From an uncultured Gammaproteobacteria bacterium (GTDB taxonomy: Bacteria; Patescibacteriota; Microgenomatia; UBA8517; UBA10165), in contig CAYIUF010000002.1 in NCBI GenBank assembly GCA_964366515.1, forward strand, positions 1 through 55,532: a stretch of DNA of 55,532 nt, written 5' to 3'. This document shows positions 42,565 through 53,528 of the stretch, piece after piece (positions within the stretch are counted from its first letter, which is position 1; every line of letters begins with the position of its first letter). The translations under genes and the position numbers were made by a program. Under the pieces are notes generated by a model. That model ran no database searches. It saw nothing but the letters and a program-made list of their open reading frames with translations, and had not been told where the DNA came from.

Positions 42565-43962
42565 TCATGCTTTTTCATCTCTGCTTACAATACCAATGGC
42601 TACCCCTGCGAGTGTCCAGAAAATTATAGCAACTTTTGAGGCTTCAAATACGTCGATAAAGGTTGCGTTAAGAAGCAGTCCTGCAAACCCCGCTGCCAAA
42701 CCGCAAACAAAGTACCAGCTCCAATTTTTTCTGACAATTTTTATGTAGCCAAATAACTTCATAAGCAGTCTTAGTATTACCAAGAAAAATGCTGAAACTC
42801 CCAAGATGCCCGTTTCCCCCAGGAGTCTTAAATAGTCATTGTCGGTTGCAAGGGTTATTGAGGAATATCCCGTTCCTAAGAGAGGATTCTTCATAAATGC
42901 ACGAATTGCGCGCGGCCACTCCACATTGAGTCTTATTGCTGTCGATCTGTCTTCGAATATACTTGGCATTTGCGGCTTTTCATTCTCTGTTTGTTTGCTT
43001 CTTGAGCGCTCAAGTGCCGCGCTTTGAGCAAATGCAGGAGCTACAAATGTAATTTTTTGCCAATAAGTCTTGATGCTATTTTTGTAGCGGACGCCAAGGT
43101 TTGTAAATAAAACTCCACACAAAATTGTTGCTATTAAGACTGGAATAATAAGTATTCTCTTTTTGATAAGCCAGAGAGAAACTGATATTCCAAACAGAAA
43201 CGAAATAAAGGATACTCGGGATTCTGCCCGCAAAATTAACCAAAAAGAAGGAAGAACCGAGAATACTAGAAACAGTATTCTATTTTTTATCTTTTTGTAA
43301 TACCAAAAGAGAGCTGTTGATATCGGGAGAAGTACAACAAGGAATGCAGACAGGTCATAATGGCCTGCAAAGGTTGAGCTAAGCCTGGCTCCGGCGATCC
43401 ATCTTAGGGCTAATCCTTTTGAATATTCTTCGTTTTGTGTCGTTATTACTGGAAAGTTAAAGTGAATTTGGCCGAAGCCAAATGTGAAGACAAAGAACGT
43501 TGCTATAAAAAGTGACGTAATTAAAAATCTTGCATGTTTTGCATATTTTATAACTTCAACTGCTGCAAAAAATGGGATTAGGTATTCGATTCTTCTTGCC
43601 CAATGGAGAAAAACGATATGGGTGGGTGCAGTTTTGGTTAGGAACACACTTGATAAGCATGATAAAAGGCCTGCCAGCAAATAAAGCAGTATTGCTTGAT
43701 TTAATTTACCTTTTAGAAAATTTGAAAATCCACTTCTAAGCACCAATAAGAACCACGCCAATGCAATTGCTGAGATTAGAAAATCTTCTGCTCTTATTGC
43801 AACATATGTCCCCGGGACATTAAAGATTGGAAATTTTGGATATAGGGGAATAACAATCAATAAAGCAGAAAGTAGGTACTTTAGCGTTGATATTAGATTA
43901 AATTGTCGAAAATGCTTTTCCATATATATTGCGTGCTTGGGGTTGTCCAAGCACAAAACCAA
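42565..43962 (-). CDS. O-antigen ligase/polymerase-like (Wzy_C-type) membrane protein
   Basis: Polytopic, with an ESRVSFISFLFG segment. The start may be the internal MEKHF at 43923. Confidence 0.5.
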   Translation of the reverse strand: MVLCLDNPKHAIYMEKHFRQFNLISTLKYLLSALLIVIPLYPKFPIFNVPGTYVAIRAEDFLISAIALAWFLLVLRSGFSNFLKGKLNQAILLYLLAGLLSCLSSVFLTKTAPTHIVFLHWARRIEYLIPFFAAVEVIKYAKHARFLITSLFIATFFVFTFGFGQIHFNFPVITTQNEEYSKGLALRWIAGARLSSTFAGHYDLSAFLVVLLPISTALFWYYKKIKNRILFLVFSVLPSFWLILRAESRVSFISFLFGISVSLWLIKKRILIIPVLIATILCGVLFTNLGVRYKNSIKTYWQKITFVAPAFAQSAALERSRSKQTENEKPQMPSIFEDRSTAIRLNVEWPRAIRAFMKNPLLGTGYSSITLATDNDYLRLLGETGILGVSAFFLVILRLLMKLFGYIKIVRKNWSWYFVCGLAAGFAGLLLNATFIDVFEASKVAIIFWTLAGVAIGIVSRDEKA

Positions 43963-44842
43963 ACATAAACATCCTCAAGAGGGCACCGATTTTCATAACC
44001 ATTCTTGCTATATCAAAATTTTCTGGATAGTGTTTTTTGTAAAATAATTTGAGGCCTTCGTATTCCCCGACAAGGCTTCTTTCCTTGCCCAAAGCACCGC
44101 CTGCGAACCTCACACCCTCACCAGAACTTGAAGCTCCACCGATATGTGTTACAGAAGTTATTGGCACAAACCAAACCGGCCACCCTTTTTTCTTAAATCT
44201 ATACGAGTATTCCACGTCTTCTGTGTACATAAAAAACTTCGTATCAAATCCTCCGACTTGGTTATATGCATCACGTTTAATTAACATAAATGCACCGGTT
44301 ACCCAGTCTAGTGGCTTTGTTTTATTGTAGAAAGCAGAGTTGGGGTGGTAGGAGCCGAATAATTCCCTCCACAAAGGAATATCATCTAGAAACAGAGACC
44401 ATGACACAACTCTCGGAAGTGTTGGGAAGTGACCACCAGTGCTTTGTGTGGATCCATCTAAGTAAGTTAGCTTGCATGTTGAGACTCCAACGTTTGAGTT
44501 AGCATCCATCCATTTGACCATTTTAGAAATCGAGTCCTCATGTAGTACTGTGTCGGAATTTAGAAGCAAAATGTATCTTCCTTCTGCTTTTTTCATACCA
44601 ATATTGTTTCCTCCTCCGAAGCCTAGGTTTTCTTTTGATCTAATTAGTTGTAAGTTCCTGTTCCTTTTTGCCAATTTTTGAATTTCCTCCTGGGATCCAT
44701 CAGTTGAAGAGTTGTCAACAATTATGACCTCGAAGAGACAAGCTTTTGTATACCTATTCACAGAGTTTATGCACTCAATTGTCAGTTTTTTGGTGTTGAA
44801 GCTGACGACTATTATTGATACATCGAGTTTCTTTTTTATCAT
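43898..44842 (-). CDS. GT2-family glycosyltransferase
   Basis: VSIIVVSFNTKKLT...VDNSSTDGS. Confidence 0.8.
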   Translation of the reverse strand: MIKKKLDVSIIVVSFNTKKLTIECINSVNRYTKACLFEVIIVDNSSTDGSQEEIQKLAKRNRNLQLIRSKENLGFGGGNNIGMKKAEGRYILLLNSDTVLHEDSISKMVKWMDANSNVGVSTCKLTYLDGSTQSTGGHFPTLPRVVSWSLFLDDIPLWRELFGSYHPNSAFYNKTKPLDWVTGAFMLIKRDAYNQVGGFDTKFFMYTEDVEYSYRFKKKGWPVWFVPITSVTHIGGASSSGEGVRFAGGALGKERSLVGEYEGLKLFYKKHYPENFDIARMVMKIGALLRMFMFGFVLGQPQARNIYGKAFSTI

Positions 44843-45384
44843 TTCTTTAAAAGTAGTTTTGTGAATGATATTAATTCACGTAACAATTCGTGAAGCAGGT
44901 AGAGGAGGAAAAGAAATGAGGGCAGAATTATTAAAATCCGAGAGTGCGGTGCGGTCGGAAGATATCGTATGGTTATTTTTCTTTCAAATGGAATTCCTTT
45001 GTATGAGATTGCATCTTTTGCGGTACTTGCTTCAAAAAAATTTACAAAAACCGATTCTCTGAATGGATGTATAATTTCGGGAAGATGGACGCTTCTTGTT
45101 TGATCGCGAATTAAAGTTTGCGAATCTTCGGGAGGGTAGCTTACCCTGTATGATGGAAAGTTAAACGGAAAGCTTTTCTGTAATTCGTTTTCATAATGGA
45201 CGAGAACTTCTTCCCTTGAGAAATTTGTAAAATAAGCTCTTCTTTCTTCGGAGTTTTCGATATCGGCTTCCTCTAAAGATTGAACGCTATCTGTGGGAGG
45301 TAGAGGATATGACGGCGAAGGAATGATTAAGTAGAAAAGCCCCACAAAAAAAATTAAGACGGCGAGTAACTTTAATATTGGCAT
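44839..45384 (-). CDS. Hypothetical membrane-anchored protein
   Basis: ORF track. 4-nt overlaps with both neighbours. Confidence 0.4.
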   Translation of the reverse strand: MPILKLLAVLIFFVGLFYLIIPSPSYPLPPTDSVQSLEEADIENSEERRAYFTNFSREEVLVHYENELQKSFPFNFPSYRVSYPPEDSQTLIRDQTRSVHLPEIIHPFRESVFVNFFEASTAKDAISYKGIPFERKITIRYLPTAPHSRILIILPSFLFLLYLLHELLRELISFTKLLLKK

Positions 45385-45386
45385 TT

Positions 45387-45989
45387 TTATTGAAAGAGAC
45401 GGGCACGACCGAGAATGTAACGAGGATTTTCTAAATTTCGCTTACCGATAACTTTTGCAGGAACCCCACCAACGATTGCAAAATCCGGAACATCTTTTGT
45501 TACAACTGCGCCAGCTGCTATAACCGCACCTCTTCCCACTTTGACTCCGGGCAATATTATTGCTCTTGGGCCGATAAATACATAGTCGCCTATTTCGACT
45601 GCTTCCTCAATTGCTGTGAAGCTTGGGTCTTCTAGATTATGTTCTGAATTATAGATTAAAACTTCTGAGGCTATTGCCGTGTGGTTTCCGATAATGAGTG
45701 GGGCTCTACCATCTAGAAAAGCGTTATTCCCGATTATTGTGTCTGCTCCGATTTCTATATTTTTGGGTTGGAAGAAGTTTGCGAACATATGGATTGTTGA
45801 ACCGTTCCCCATTCTGAGGCCTGCTAGTTGATAAAAAGTGTGGCGTACAAAATGAAGAGGTATGTGCCCTATCCAGCGCAAAAGCATTAGTTCAAAGTCC
45901 AGAAAGTAGTTATATACTCTGTTTGCCACCTTCTGGGCTACTTGTTCGGAGGTCAGATTTTTTCCTGTTCTATCTTTAACTGGTGTCAT
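45387..45989 (-). CDS. Hexapeptide-repeat (LbH) O-acetyltransferase
   Basis: Repeated [LIV]G-x4 hexapeptides: [44 protein letters not shown]. Confidence 0.85.
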   Translation of the reverse strand: MTPVKDRTGKNLTSEQVAQKVANRVYNYFLDFELMLLRWIGHIPLHFVRHTFYQLAGLRMGNGSTIHMFANFFQPKNIEIGADTIIGNNAFLDGRAPLIIGNHTAIASEVLIYNSEHNLEDPSFTAIEEAVEIGDYVFIGPRAIILPGVKVGRGAVIAAGAVVTKDVPDFAIVGGVPAKVIGKRNLENPRYILGRARLFQ

Positions 45990-45999
45990 GTGTAATGGT

Positions 46000-47094
46000 T
46001 TAAAGTTTTTCCAATATTTCTAAGGTTTTTTTGGCTGTTTTTTCCCAAGAAAACTTCTCGGCTTGGGTAATTGCGGCCCCTCTTAGCTGATTATACTTGC
46101 CTTGGGGCAGACTTACCACAAAATTTATGCCTTTTGCGATCGATTCTGTGTCGTCTGGGTCGACTAAGATGCCAGCCTCCCCTACAACTTCGGGCAAACT
46201 TCCAATTTTTGAAACAACGACTGGACATCCAGTCGCCATTGCTTCCAATACATGCATCCCGAAACCTTCCGTAAAGCTTGGCGAAACGAGACATTTGGCT
46301 CCCGCTAGAAGATCCACTTTCTCTTCCTCTTCAACAAAGTCTGTGAAAAGCACCTTATTTTCGATTTGTAGATCTTGTACTATTTTAAAAATAGACTCAT
46401 AAAGCCAACCTTTTTTCCCAATAATCACTAACGTTAAATCAAGACCTATAAGCTTTGAGAACGCTTGCAAAAGCCCCTCCACGTTTTTGCTGGGCTTTAG
46501 CGTTCCAACATACACAATATATTGCCCTTTGATTCCGTATTTTTCTTTAGATCTTTTTATTCTGGATTCTGAAAGCGGGTATCTGAATTTTGACCTGTCG
46601 TATCCGAGATATGTAACTTCAATTTTATTTTTTGCAAATGGATAATTTGAGATTATTTCGTTTTTTGTACTTTCTGAGATTGCAATGACTTTTTTTGCGG
46701 ACCTTAGAGAAATGCCTGTCCAGTATTTAAGTTGGTAGTAGTCACGTTTTGTAAACTGCTCTGGAAATTCTAGGTACCCAAGATCCATAACGCTCATTAC
46801 CATTGGGACGGGGGAGACTGGGGGAAGATAGTGGGTTGGCGCAAAATATACATCAGGACGTGGATTTGCAAACCAAAGTCTTGTTAGTTTTCCGAGCAGA
46901 CCACCTTTGCCTATTTCATATCTCCAGCCTACTCTCGGTTGCGGCATATGCTCCAATGGTGCTTTGTCTAGATAAACAACCCATTCGTGAGTTGAAGAGA
47001 TTTTTTCAAGATGGCTTAGGAGTTCTGCGGCATATTGATTAACACCGACTCGATTCTGAAGATTTGCTTCGTTACCGTCTACGGCAATTCTCAT
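46000..47094 (-). CDS. GT4-family glycosyltransferase
   Basis: [19 protein letters not shown] motif. Confidence 0.8.
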   Translation of the reverse strand: MRIAVDGNEANLQNRVGVNQYAAELLSHLEKISSTHEWVVYLDKAPLEHMPQPRVGWRYEIGKGGLLGKLTRLWFANPRPDVYFAPTHYLPPVSPVPMVMSVMDLGYLEFPEQFTKRDYYQLKYWTGISLRSAKKVIAISESTKNEIISNYPFAKNKIEVTYLGYDRSKFRYPLSESRIKRSKEKYGIKGQYIVYVGTLKPSKNVEGLLQAFSKLIGLDLTLVIIGKKGWLYESIFKIVQDLQIENKVLFTDFVEEEEKVDLLAGAKCLVSPSFTEGFGMHVLEAMATGCPVVVSKIGSLPEVVGEAGILVDPDDTESIAKGINFVVSLPQGKYNQLRGAAITQAEKFSWEKTAKKTLEILEKL

Positions 47095-47128
47095 GGTGAA
47101 AACCCTCCGACAGCGACTTCGTTCACCA

Positions 47129-48199
47129 CTATAGTGCCCCCTCCTTGTAAACCCTTAGTGTCAGTTTTGCTGTGTACTCCCATGAAAACTCTTTTGCTCG
47201 TTCAATTCCTTTTTTTATTAACTTGTTGCGATTTTTAAGTGCGTCTTTTATGCCTTGAGCAATTTCGTCAACTTTTGTAGGATTCACAAGAATTGCGCAG
47301 TCGCCAGCAACCTCGGGCATGCTTGATACATTTGAAGTTACGACTGGGATGCCGATCTTAAAACCTTCAAGGATCGGTTGTCCGAATCCTTCATAAAGTG
47401 ATGCGTAAACCAGAGCTGACGCACCCGAATAAAGCGCTGACAAGTCGTTAAAATTAGCAAATCCTGTATATATGACGCCTCCTTCTGTATTTTCTGGCTT
47501 TTTGCCTACAACCACGAGTTCCAAGTTCTTATTGCTTAACTTTTTATAGCTTTCCAAAATTCTTGGAAGATTCTTTCTTGGATTAGTGCCGATAACGATA
47601 AGATATTCTTTTGATATTCCGTATCTATTAAGCACTCTATTGATCTTCTCTTGATTAACTTTTTTTATACGCTCGTCTCCAGCTTCTGGGATGACAATAA
47701 TTTTTTCGGGATTAATTTTTAGGAGTTCTATTGCGTCTTCTTTTGTTGATTGAGAAACAGCAATTATTTTATCTACTTCTTTTGCAACCCAGCGCAATCT
47801 GCTTTTGTGAACTTCCACTATTGATTGAGGCGTGTATTGGGGATATTTTAACGGAGCAAGGTCATGGATCGTTGTTACGTTATACGCAGATGTTGGCGGT
47901 TGGGCCCAATCGGAGGAGTGAAATACATCTACATTTCCTATAAAATTTTCAACGGGCAAGGTATGGAGCTTGTTCCAAAAGATATCTGCAAGAGTCGGAG
48001 AAAGGATTGAGGTTTTTAATTCTATATTCTTGGCTTTTGGAAACAGCTTCGGGAATTCATCTCTTCTACGCAATGAACCCCCAAACAATACAAAGGTATC
48101 GCTTTTGTCTATTGAAGTGAGTGAGTCCACCAAATTTTTGGTGTAATCACCAACTCCTGTTCCATAAACTGATTGAGAAACGTCAATTCCGACTCTCAT
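47129..48199 (-). CDS. GT4-family glycosyltransferase
   Basis: YEGFGQPILEGFKIGIPVV motif. Confidence 0.8.
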   Translation of the reverse strand: MRVGIDVSQSVYGTGVGDYTKNLVDSLTSIDKSDTFVLFGGSLRRRDEFPKLFPKAKNIELKTSILSPTLADIFWNKLHTLPVENFIGNVDVFHSSDWAQPPTSAYNVTTIHDLAPLKYPQYTPQSIVEVHKSRLRWVAKEVDKIIAVSQSTKEDAIELLKINPEKIIVIPEAGDERIKKVNQEKINRVLNRYGISKEYLIVIGTNPRKNLPRILESYKKLSNKNLELVVVGKKPENTEGGVIYTGFANFNDLSALYSGASALVYASLYEGFGQPILEGFKIGIPVVTSNVSSMPEVAGDCAILVNPTKVDEIAQGIKDALKNRNKLIKKGIERAKEFSWEYTAKLTLRVYKEGAL

Positions 48200-49553
48200 T
48201 AGTGTATTTCCATACTGTTACTCCGTTAAAATCTCGTTCTTCAACTTTTATATATCCAGCGTTTTCCACGGTTTTGCGAACGTTATCTTGGGGGTCAAAA
48301 ATGGGCTGAACGTACCTGAACAGGTATATTCTCTCAAAATTACCAGTATTAAGTCCATCTGGACCATATGCAGGTATATTTTTGGAGTAATACACATAGG
48401 GATCGCGCTGGTTGTTTGTAACGAAAATTGAGGCTGAATTCGCATTGCCGCTATCGGATTCCAGCCACGAAACTGTGCCTTTCCAATCTTCTCTCCAAAA
48501 TCGGGGATTAGCTATAAATATCAAAACTGCCAGCATATTTAGACCAATCCGAAAATACAACTTACCCGCTCTTGACTTTTCTGACATGGAAAGGCCATGG
48601 GCAACCAGCAAATAGAACGGCGGCAACAAAAATAAGAGTCTGAAGTAGGAAAACCCTGACATTATAAGGCCAAACACAAGGGCTACAGCGAGGGGAATTG
48701 AAAACCAAAGCCATATAAATCTACTTTCTTTAAATTTCTTCAGAGAATAAAAAGCGGAGATCCCAAATTCAAATGCATACAATAATACGATGCTTGCATA
48801 GACTACTTTGTCTTGAAAAGAGATTCTACCGATCAGGAACTTGACTGGAACTAGCGCAATTTGTTTAAGGTTTATACGGCCCAAAGTTTCCCACCATATT
48901 GGTGCGTTTTCTTTGACAAGCGCACCTACCTCCAGTTGTTGACGAAATATTGGAATCCAAGGGACAAAGGAGACAGCAATTGCTGCAAATGAAATGAGCC
49001 ACGAACCTTTGTAAGCCTGGAAGTTTTTCTTCTCAAGGAGTAAGAACGCAACACAGAAAAGGAGTGTTATTGCGGGCAAATAATCGGTGTATATCAGCAA
49101 TACTGCCGCGGCCACAAATGATGTCCAGTTGAAAATGTTCGGTTTTTTGCTTTGCAAAATATTAACGAAGCACAGAATGACCAGGATGGTAAAAAAGGTA
49201 GACATTGCATACATGCGCGCCTCATGTGCGTAGTAGAAAAATAACGGTCCGGTTGCAAGAAGTCCTGCGCTGGCAATCCCCACAAACCGATTGAAAAGTT
49301 TTTTCCCGATTAAATAAAGACACCACACAGATAGTGCTGAGAATAAGACAGATAACGATCTAACAGAAACTTCGCTATTGCCGAAAATACTAATCCACAG
49401 TTTTAACGTCAGATAATAAAGCGGAGGGTGGAAGTCTCCAACTGAAAATGTAAGTATCAAATCCTTAAAGCTTAGTGTGCTTGCTTTAACAACGCTTGTT
49501 GCTTCATCAAGCCATAAAGATTGATTGAACACTCCTAGTAAGTTATTTTGCAC
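48183..49553 (-). CDS. GT39/PMT_2-like polytopic membrane glycosyltransferase
   Basis: SLWLDEATSV...DFHPPLYYLTLKLW N-terminal region. Polytopic. Confidence 0.65.
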   Translation of the reverse strand: MQNNLLGVFNQSLWLDEATSVVKASTLSFKDLILTFSVGDFHPPLYYLTLKLWISIFGNSEVSVRSLSVLFSALSVWCLYLIGKKLFNRFVGIASAGLLATGPLFFYYAHEARMYAMSTFFTILVILCFVNILQSKKPNIFNWTSFVAAAVLLIYTDYLPAITLLFCVAFLLLEKKNFQAYKGSWLISFAAIAVSFVPWIPIFRQQLEVGALVKENAPIWWETLGRINLKQIALVPVKFLIGRISFQDKVVYASIVLLYAFEFGISAFYSLKKFKESRFIWLWFSIPLAVALVFGLIMSGFSYFRLLFLLPPFYLLVAHGLSMSEKSRAGKLYFRIGLNMLAVLIFIANPRFWREDWKGTVSWLESDSGNANSASIFVTNNQRDPYVYYSKNIPAYGPDGLNTGNFERIYLFRYVQPIFDPQDNVRKTVENAGYIKVEERDFNGVTVWKYTNESRN

Positions 49554-50385
49554 TTGACCCTCCGAACAGTGATGTTAGAGCACCTAAAAACACTCCGAAA
49601 TCGTATACTGTTTTGAACACTAAGAAAGCAGGTTGGTTGTTGGTTATCGATTTATAAACACCCACAGCGATTGAGATGGGTAGGCAAGCACGAATTGAAG
49701 CGACTATTTTGCCAATAAGTCCAAGTTTGTATCTTCTTTTACCTATCCATTTTGCTTGATTGAATATTTCGCCTAGAGATTCTGGGTTTTTGTGATAAAA
49801 GACAGCACCTGGTGCGTTATCAGCTAGATACCCTAGCTTCTCACTTAAAGTCCAGTCGTCTGTATATTCACCAGTTGGAGAGAAACCAGAAACCCTGTCG
49901 AATTCACTTTTTAAAATTGCGCGAAAGACTTTTTGTTTGTCCGGGTAATTCTTGGGGTGACGCTTTCCTTCTTCCCACCCCTCATTTATTGTCCAGCATT
50001 TAGACCATACATTTTCTGGATTTGCAACAAATTCTTCTTTTGAAAAAGTCCCTTTTGTTTCGCCTTCCACTATTGGTTTTGTCAGTTTTTCAATAAAATC
50101 GGGCGCAAAAGTCATGTCCGAATCTACAAATACGAGTATTTTGCCGGAGGCGGCCTCAGCACCCAGGTTTCTTGCGGGACCTGGCCCTTTGTGGTTGGCC
50201 TTTAAGAGGGATAGGCGGCTATTTTGTTTTGCATATTGTGCGACTAAGGTATTTGTTTTGTCGGTTGATCCGTCGTCTACAACGGTAATTTCCAAATCTT
50301 TGTGAGTTTGTTTTAGTAATGATTCAAGACACTCCCCTATCTCATTTTCTTCATTGAAAGAGGGGATTATGATTGAGATTTTCAT
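49543..50385 (-). CDS. GT2-family glycosyltransferase
   Basis: ISIIIPSFNEENEI...VVDDGSTDKT and FVDSDM. Confidence 0.8.
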   Translation of the reverse strand: MKISIIIPSFNEENEIGECLESLLKQTHKDLEITVVDDGSTDKTNTLVAQYAKQNSRLSLLKANHKGPGPARNLGAEAASGKILVFVDSDMTFAPDFIEKLTKPIVEGETKGTFSKEEFVANPENVWSKCWTINEGWEEGKRHPKNYPDKQKVFRAILKSEFDRVSGFSPTGEYTDDWTLSEKLGYLADNAPGAVFYHKNPESLGEIFNQAKWIGKRRYKLGLIGKIVASIRACLPISIAVGVYKSITNNQPAFLVFKTVYDFGVFLGALTSLFGGSSAK

Positions 50386-51458
50386 GGTTCGACTCCGCTC
50401 ACCACAAGTTCCTTAAAAAGTTTATCGTATTGTTTTGCAATTTCATCCCAGGAAAATTTCTCTGCTTGTTTTTTTGGTTTGCTCCCCCACTCCGACGACA
50501 ATGCTTTTTCTAAAGCTCGTACATATTGGCTTGTATCTTTAGGATCAATAAATAATCCTGCATTGCCCACAACCTCTCGGCGAATGGGGTCATCTGTTGC
50601 AACAACGGCAAGTCCTGATGCCATAGCTTCAACCATTGCTATCCCAAATGATTCCCACTCAATTGTGGGAAAGGTAAATAGATCTGCTGCCTGGTAGGCT
50701 TTGGGCATTTCCGAAAACGGGAGAGATAGTATTTTGAATCTTCCGGGTAGAAGTTTATCTCCGAGAGCTTGCAGTTTCTCTTTTTCTGGACCATTGCCAA
50801 CTAAAAGGAGGGATGCTTTTTCTAATTTTGAGACTGCTTTTATTGCTAAATCTAGTCTTTTGAGAGGAATAAGGGCTGCCGCGGCTAGAATAATTGGTTT
50901 GGGTAACTCTACTGACAGGGCACTTGTCCCACCTTTGGCAAACCTATCAAGATCAACTCCGTTGGGAATCTTTACAGTTTTGACAAGAGGATTTGCGTTA
51001 TTTGCCCACTTTTCTTGATGTTTTGTTAATGCAATATATCTATCAGGAAATGTAAACAAATTAATTCTGTCATCTAATCCTGCGCCTGACTGACCAGGGA
51101 TGACGATCTTCTTTTTGTTTTTCATTGCCCACGACTTACAAAGAACGCTCTGCCAACGACCATTTGTGGGAACAATAATATTTGTATCGGCGTCTATCTT
51201 TTCAAGAACTTTTTTGGTGAATTCTTTAACTTTTCCTACTAGGTAGAGCATTCCTGTGAGTGTTTCGGAGTTTTTCTTCCAATCAACTTCATTGGGAATT
51301 TTAACCGTTTTGTATCTGGTGTTTAAGAATTTAGGCCCACATTGATATACGGTTACATCATGACCTAATCGCACAAGTCTATTTGAAAGTTCGTGCACAT
51401 AAGTCTCTACTCCACGAGGAAGAACACCACTGTAGAAACTTAGAAATGCAATTTTCAT
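50382..51458 (-). CDS. GT4-family glycosyltransferase
   Basis: WESFGIAMVEAMASGLAVV motif. Start set at MKIAFLSF (51458), giving an ATGA overlap with the upstream stop. Confidence 0.8.
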   Translation of the reverse strand: MKIAFLSFYSGVLPRGVETYVHELSNRLVRLGHDVTVYQCGPKFLNTRYKTVKIPNEVDWKKNSETLTGMLYLVGKVKEFTKKVLEKIDADTNIIVPTNGRWQSVLCKSWAMKNKKKIVIPGQSGAGLDDRINLFTFPDRYIALTKHQEKWANNANPLVKTVKIPNGVDLDRFAKGGTSALSVELPKPIILAAAALIPLKRLDLAIKAVSKLEKASLLLVGNGPEKEKLQALGDKLLPGRFKILSLPFSEMPKAYQAADLFTFPTIEWESFGIAMVEAMASGLAVVATDDPIRREVVGNAGLFIDPKDTSQYVRALEKALSSEWGSKPKKQAEKFSWDEIAKQYDKLFKELVVSGVEP

Positions 51459-52831
51459 GGTTCGACTCCGCTCACCACCTTCGGTTTTTTCCTCCATACC
51501 AAAATTCCGGGTCTTAGTTCTGTTTCTCTAAAATAATTTTGTTGTATCCAGTCTACAATCTTTTTGGGCTCGTAGGTACCTAGGTCGAACTGGTTGCCTT
51601 GGTTTGGGGTACGCCACACTATTGTCTCTGGTGGATTTTGTTCCCACCTTATTAGCGTCGCTTCTTGGATTCCTGGAACTTCATAGTACCAACCAAAGTT
51701 ATCTCCCCAGGGTTTTGGGGGTAAGGTGTTTGAAAACACATAAATTCCGGATTGGATTCCTTGTAAAAATACTGTGTCACTTTTTGAAATATCACTGAGT
51801 TTGTTTGCAAAATCAATTTCTTCAGATCCGTAAAACCGGGCTTCTTTTCCCCACTCTAGTTTTATCTGCGGCCACATTAATACCAAGATTAATGGCAATG
51901 ATATGACTGGAAACATTAAGAGTTTTTTATTTTGAGCGATCACAGTACCTAGCAAAACTGCAGAAAGTGCGATTGTGGTTTGAAGGTGAAAGAAAGAGAA
52001 ACGTGGGTAAACGGAAATGAGGCTTAACACAGTGAAAAGCATCAAAACGATTAAGTTTTTATCTCGTTTGCCTATTGATCTGATTGATAACCACACAATA
52101 GGCGCGATAAGGAGTCCAATAATCAATATCTCTCGCGGGGTAACCGACATCTGAACATAACCCGGGAATTTGCTCCAGAATTTTGCTGGATAGTATACAA
52201 CCCAGTTCCAAAAGCCGATCACAGCGCTTTCTTGCATAAGCCTGATTAAAAGCGGGATGCCGAAAATAAATGGTCCAATAAGATAGTTTTTAAGTTGTTT
52301 GCCCGGCGCCTTGGTGAGAATCAAGTAGCACAGTACGGACAAGTAGAATAGGCCTCCGGTTTGTTTGATAAAGCCGGCCATAGATAAAAAGATTCCGCCC
52401 AATAGCAAGTTTCCACGCAAGAGCATATACGCTCCCAAAAGGAGTGGCGGGACTATCGCAATATCAAACCAAAGCATATTGCCTTCAAGAACGGGTTGGA
52501 GGAATACATAAACTGCTAACGAAAGAATTGCCGCTGTATCTTTTTTAGTAATTTCACGAGCGAGAAGCCAAACACAGAGGTCTGAGAAGAGAATAATTGC
52601 CCACGAAAAGGTTTTTAGCACGATAAGGTCATATCCAAAAGCTTTATACACATACGAAAGCACTAGTGTTAGCACTGGAGGGTAGGGGTGGATCATATCT
52701 TTGTAGAGGAGAAACCCGTGGTTTTTGAGATAGGCATATGAGAGCATTTCAGGCCAAGCCGTAAAGCGAAGCTGAGCAAGTAAAAACAAATGAAACGACA
52801 ATAGTAGTATGATTGGTATGTATTTCTTCAC
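51455..52831 (-). CDS. Polytopic membrane protein, GT39/PMT_2-like
   Basis: More than 10 hydrophobic helices. N-terminal region resembles the two other PMT-like genes. Confidence 0.5.
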   Translation of the reverse strand: MKKYIPIILLLSFHLFLLAQLRFTAWPEMLSYAYLKNHGFLLYKDMIHPYPPVLTLVLSYVYKAFGYDLIVLKTFSWAIILFSDLCVWLLAREITKKDTAAILSLAVYVFLQPVLEGNMLWFDIAIVPPLLLGAYMLLRGNLLLGGIFLSMAGFIKQTGGLFYLSVLCYLILTKAPGKQLKNYLIGPFIFGIPLLIRLMQESAVIGFWNWVVYYPAKFWSKFPGYVQMSVTPREILIIGLLIAPIVWLSIRSIGKRDKNLIVLMLFTVLSLISVYPRFSFFHLQTTIALSAVLLGTVIAQNKKLLMFPVISLPLILVLMWPQIKLEWGKEARFYGSEEIDFANKLSDISKSDTVFLQGIQSGIYVFSNTLPPKPWGDNFGWYYEVPGIQEATLIRWEQNPPETIVWRTPNQGNQFDLGTYEPKKIVDWIQQNYFRETELRPGILVWRKKPKVVSGVEP

Positions 52832-53526
52832 CGTTTGATAGCGACCACAGATAGGCCGGTTCCCAGTTTAAGCTGTGTTATAAACCATGCTGGTATTGCC
52901 GTTAGCAGATTTCTGAAAAATCTCTTTTTGAGTTGAGCTAGACTTTGCCAAACTTCTAGAATGGGATTGTCATATTCCCAAACTCCGGATGTAGCACTCC
53001 ACTCTAATACTTTGAATCCCGAATCATTAAGTAACTTAAAAAGTGCGTTTGGCGTAAATTGCCAAATGTGCTCCTCAGGCAATAAGTATTCCCATGATTT
53101 TCCGTAGATTCTGGCAGATAAACTGCCCGCATTGGGAACATTGATTACTATAATCCCCCTAGAATTAAGTAACTTGTGTATTTTATTTAACACATTTGTT
53201 GGGCTTTCCATGTGTTCGAGAACGTGATTTAGAATTACTACGTCAAATTTGTTTGTGAATTTGGCCTTTTCGAATGTTTCGCGAATTGTGGGAATCCCAC
53301 GTTCTATTGAAAAAGAAGAGGATATTGCTGATGGTTCTATACCTCGCACAACCCACCCCGCATTTTTGAACTCGCCAAGCAAAAGTCCTGTTGATGATCC
53401 TATTTCTAATACCAAGCCCCGTTTCTTGTACTTCAAAACTTTTTTGAAAGTAAATCTAAAAATGTTTCTAAACTGGTCTTGGTTTTTAAGATACACCTCG
53501 TCTCTATGGTAATTTTTGACCCCCAC
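52828..53526 (-). CDS. Class I SAM-dependent methyltransferase
   Basis: VLEIGSSTGLL motif I and VVILNHVLEHM. Confidence 0.8.
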   Translation of the reverse strand: MGVKNYHRDEVYLKNQDQFRNIFRFTFKKVLKYKKRGLVLEIGSSTGLLLGEFKNAGWVVRGIEPSAISSSFSIERGIPTIRETFEKAKFTNKFDVVILNHVLEHMESPTNVLNKIHKLLNSRGIIVINVPNAGSLSARIYGKSWEYLLPEEHIWQFTPNALFKLLNDSGFKVLEWSATSGVWEYDNPILEVWQSLAQLKKRFFRNLLTAIPAWFITQLKLGTGLSVVAIKR

Positions 53527-53528
53527 GA

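Noticed and set aside
50381-50405. tRNA-like GGTTCGACTCC string in the 28-nt junction repeat.
   Set aside because: The flanks cannot form a T-stem or acceptor stem, and no anticodon arm is present. It lies inside overlapping coding sequences.
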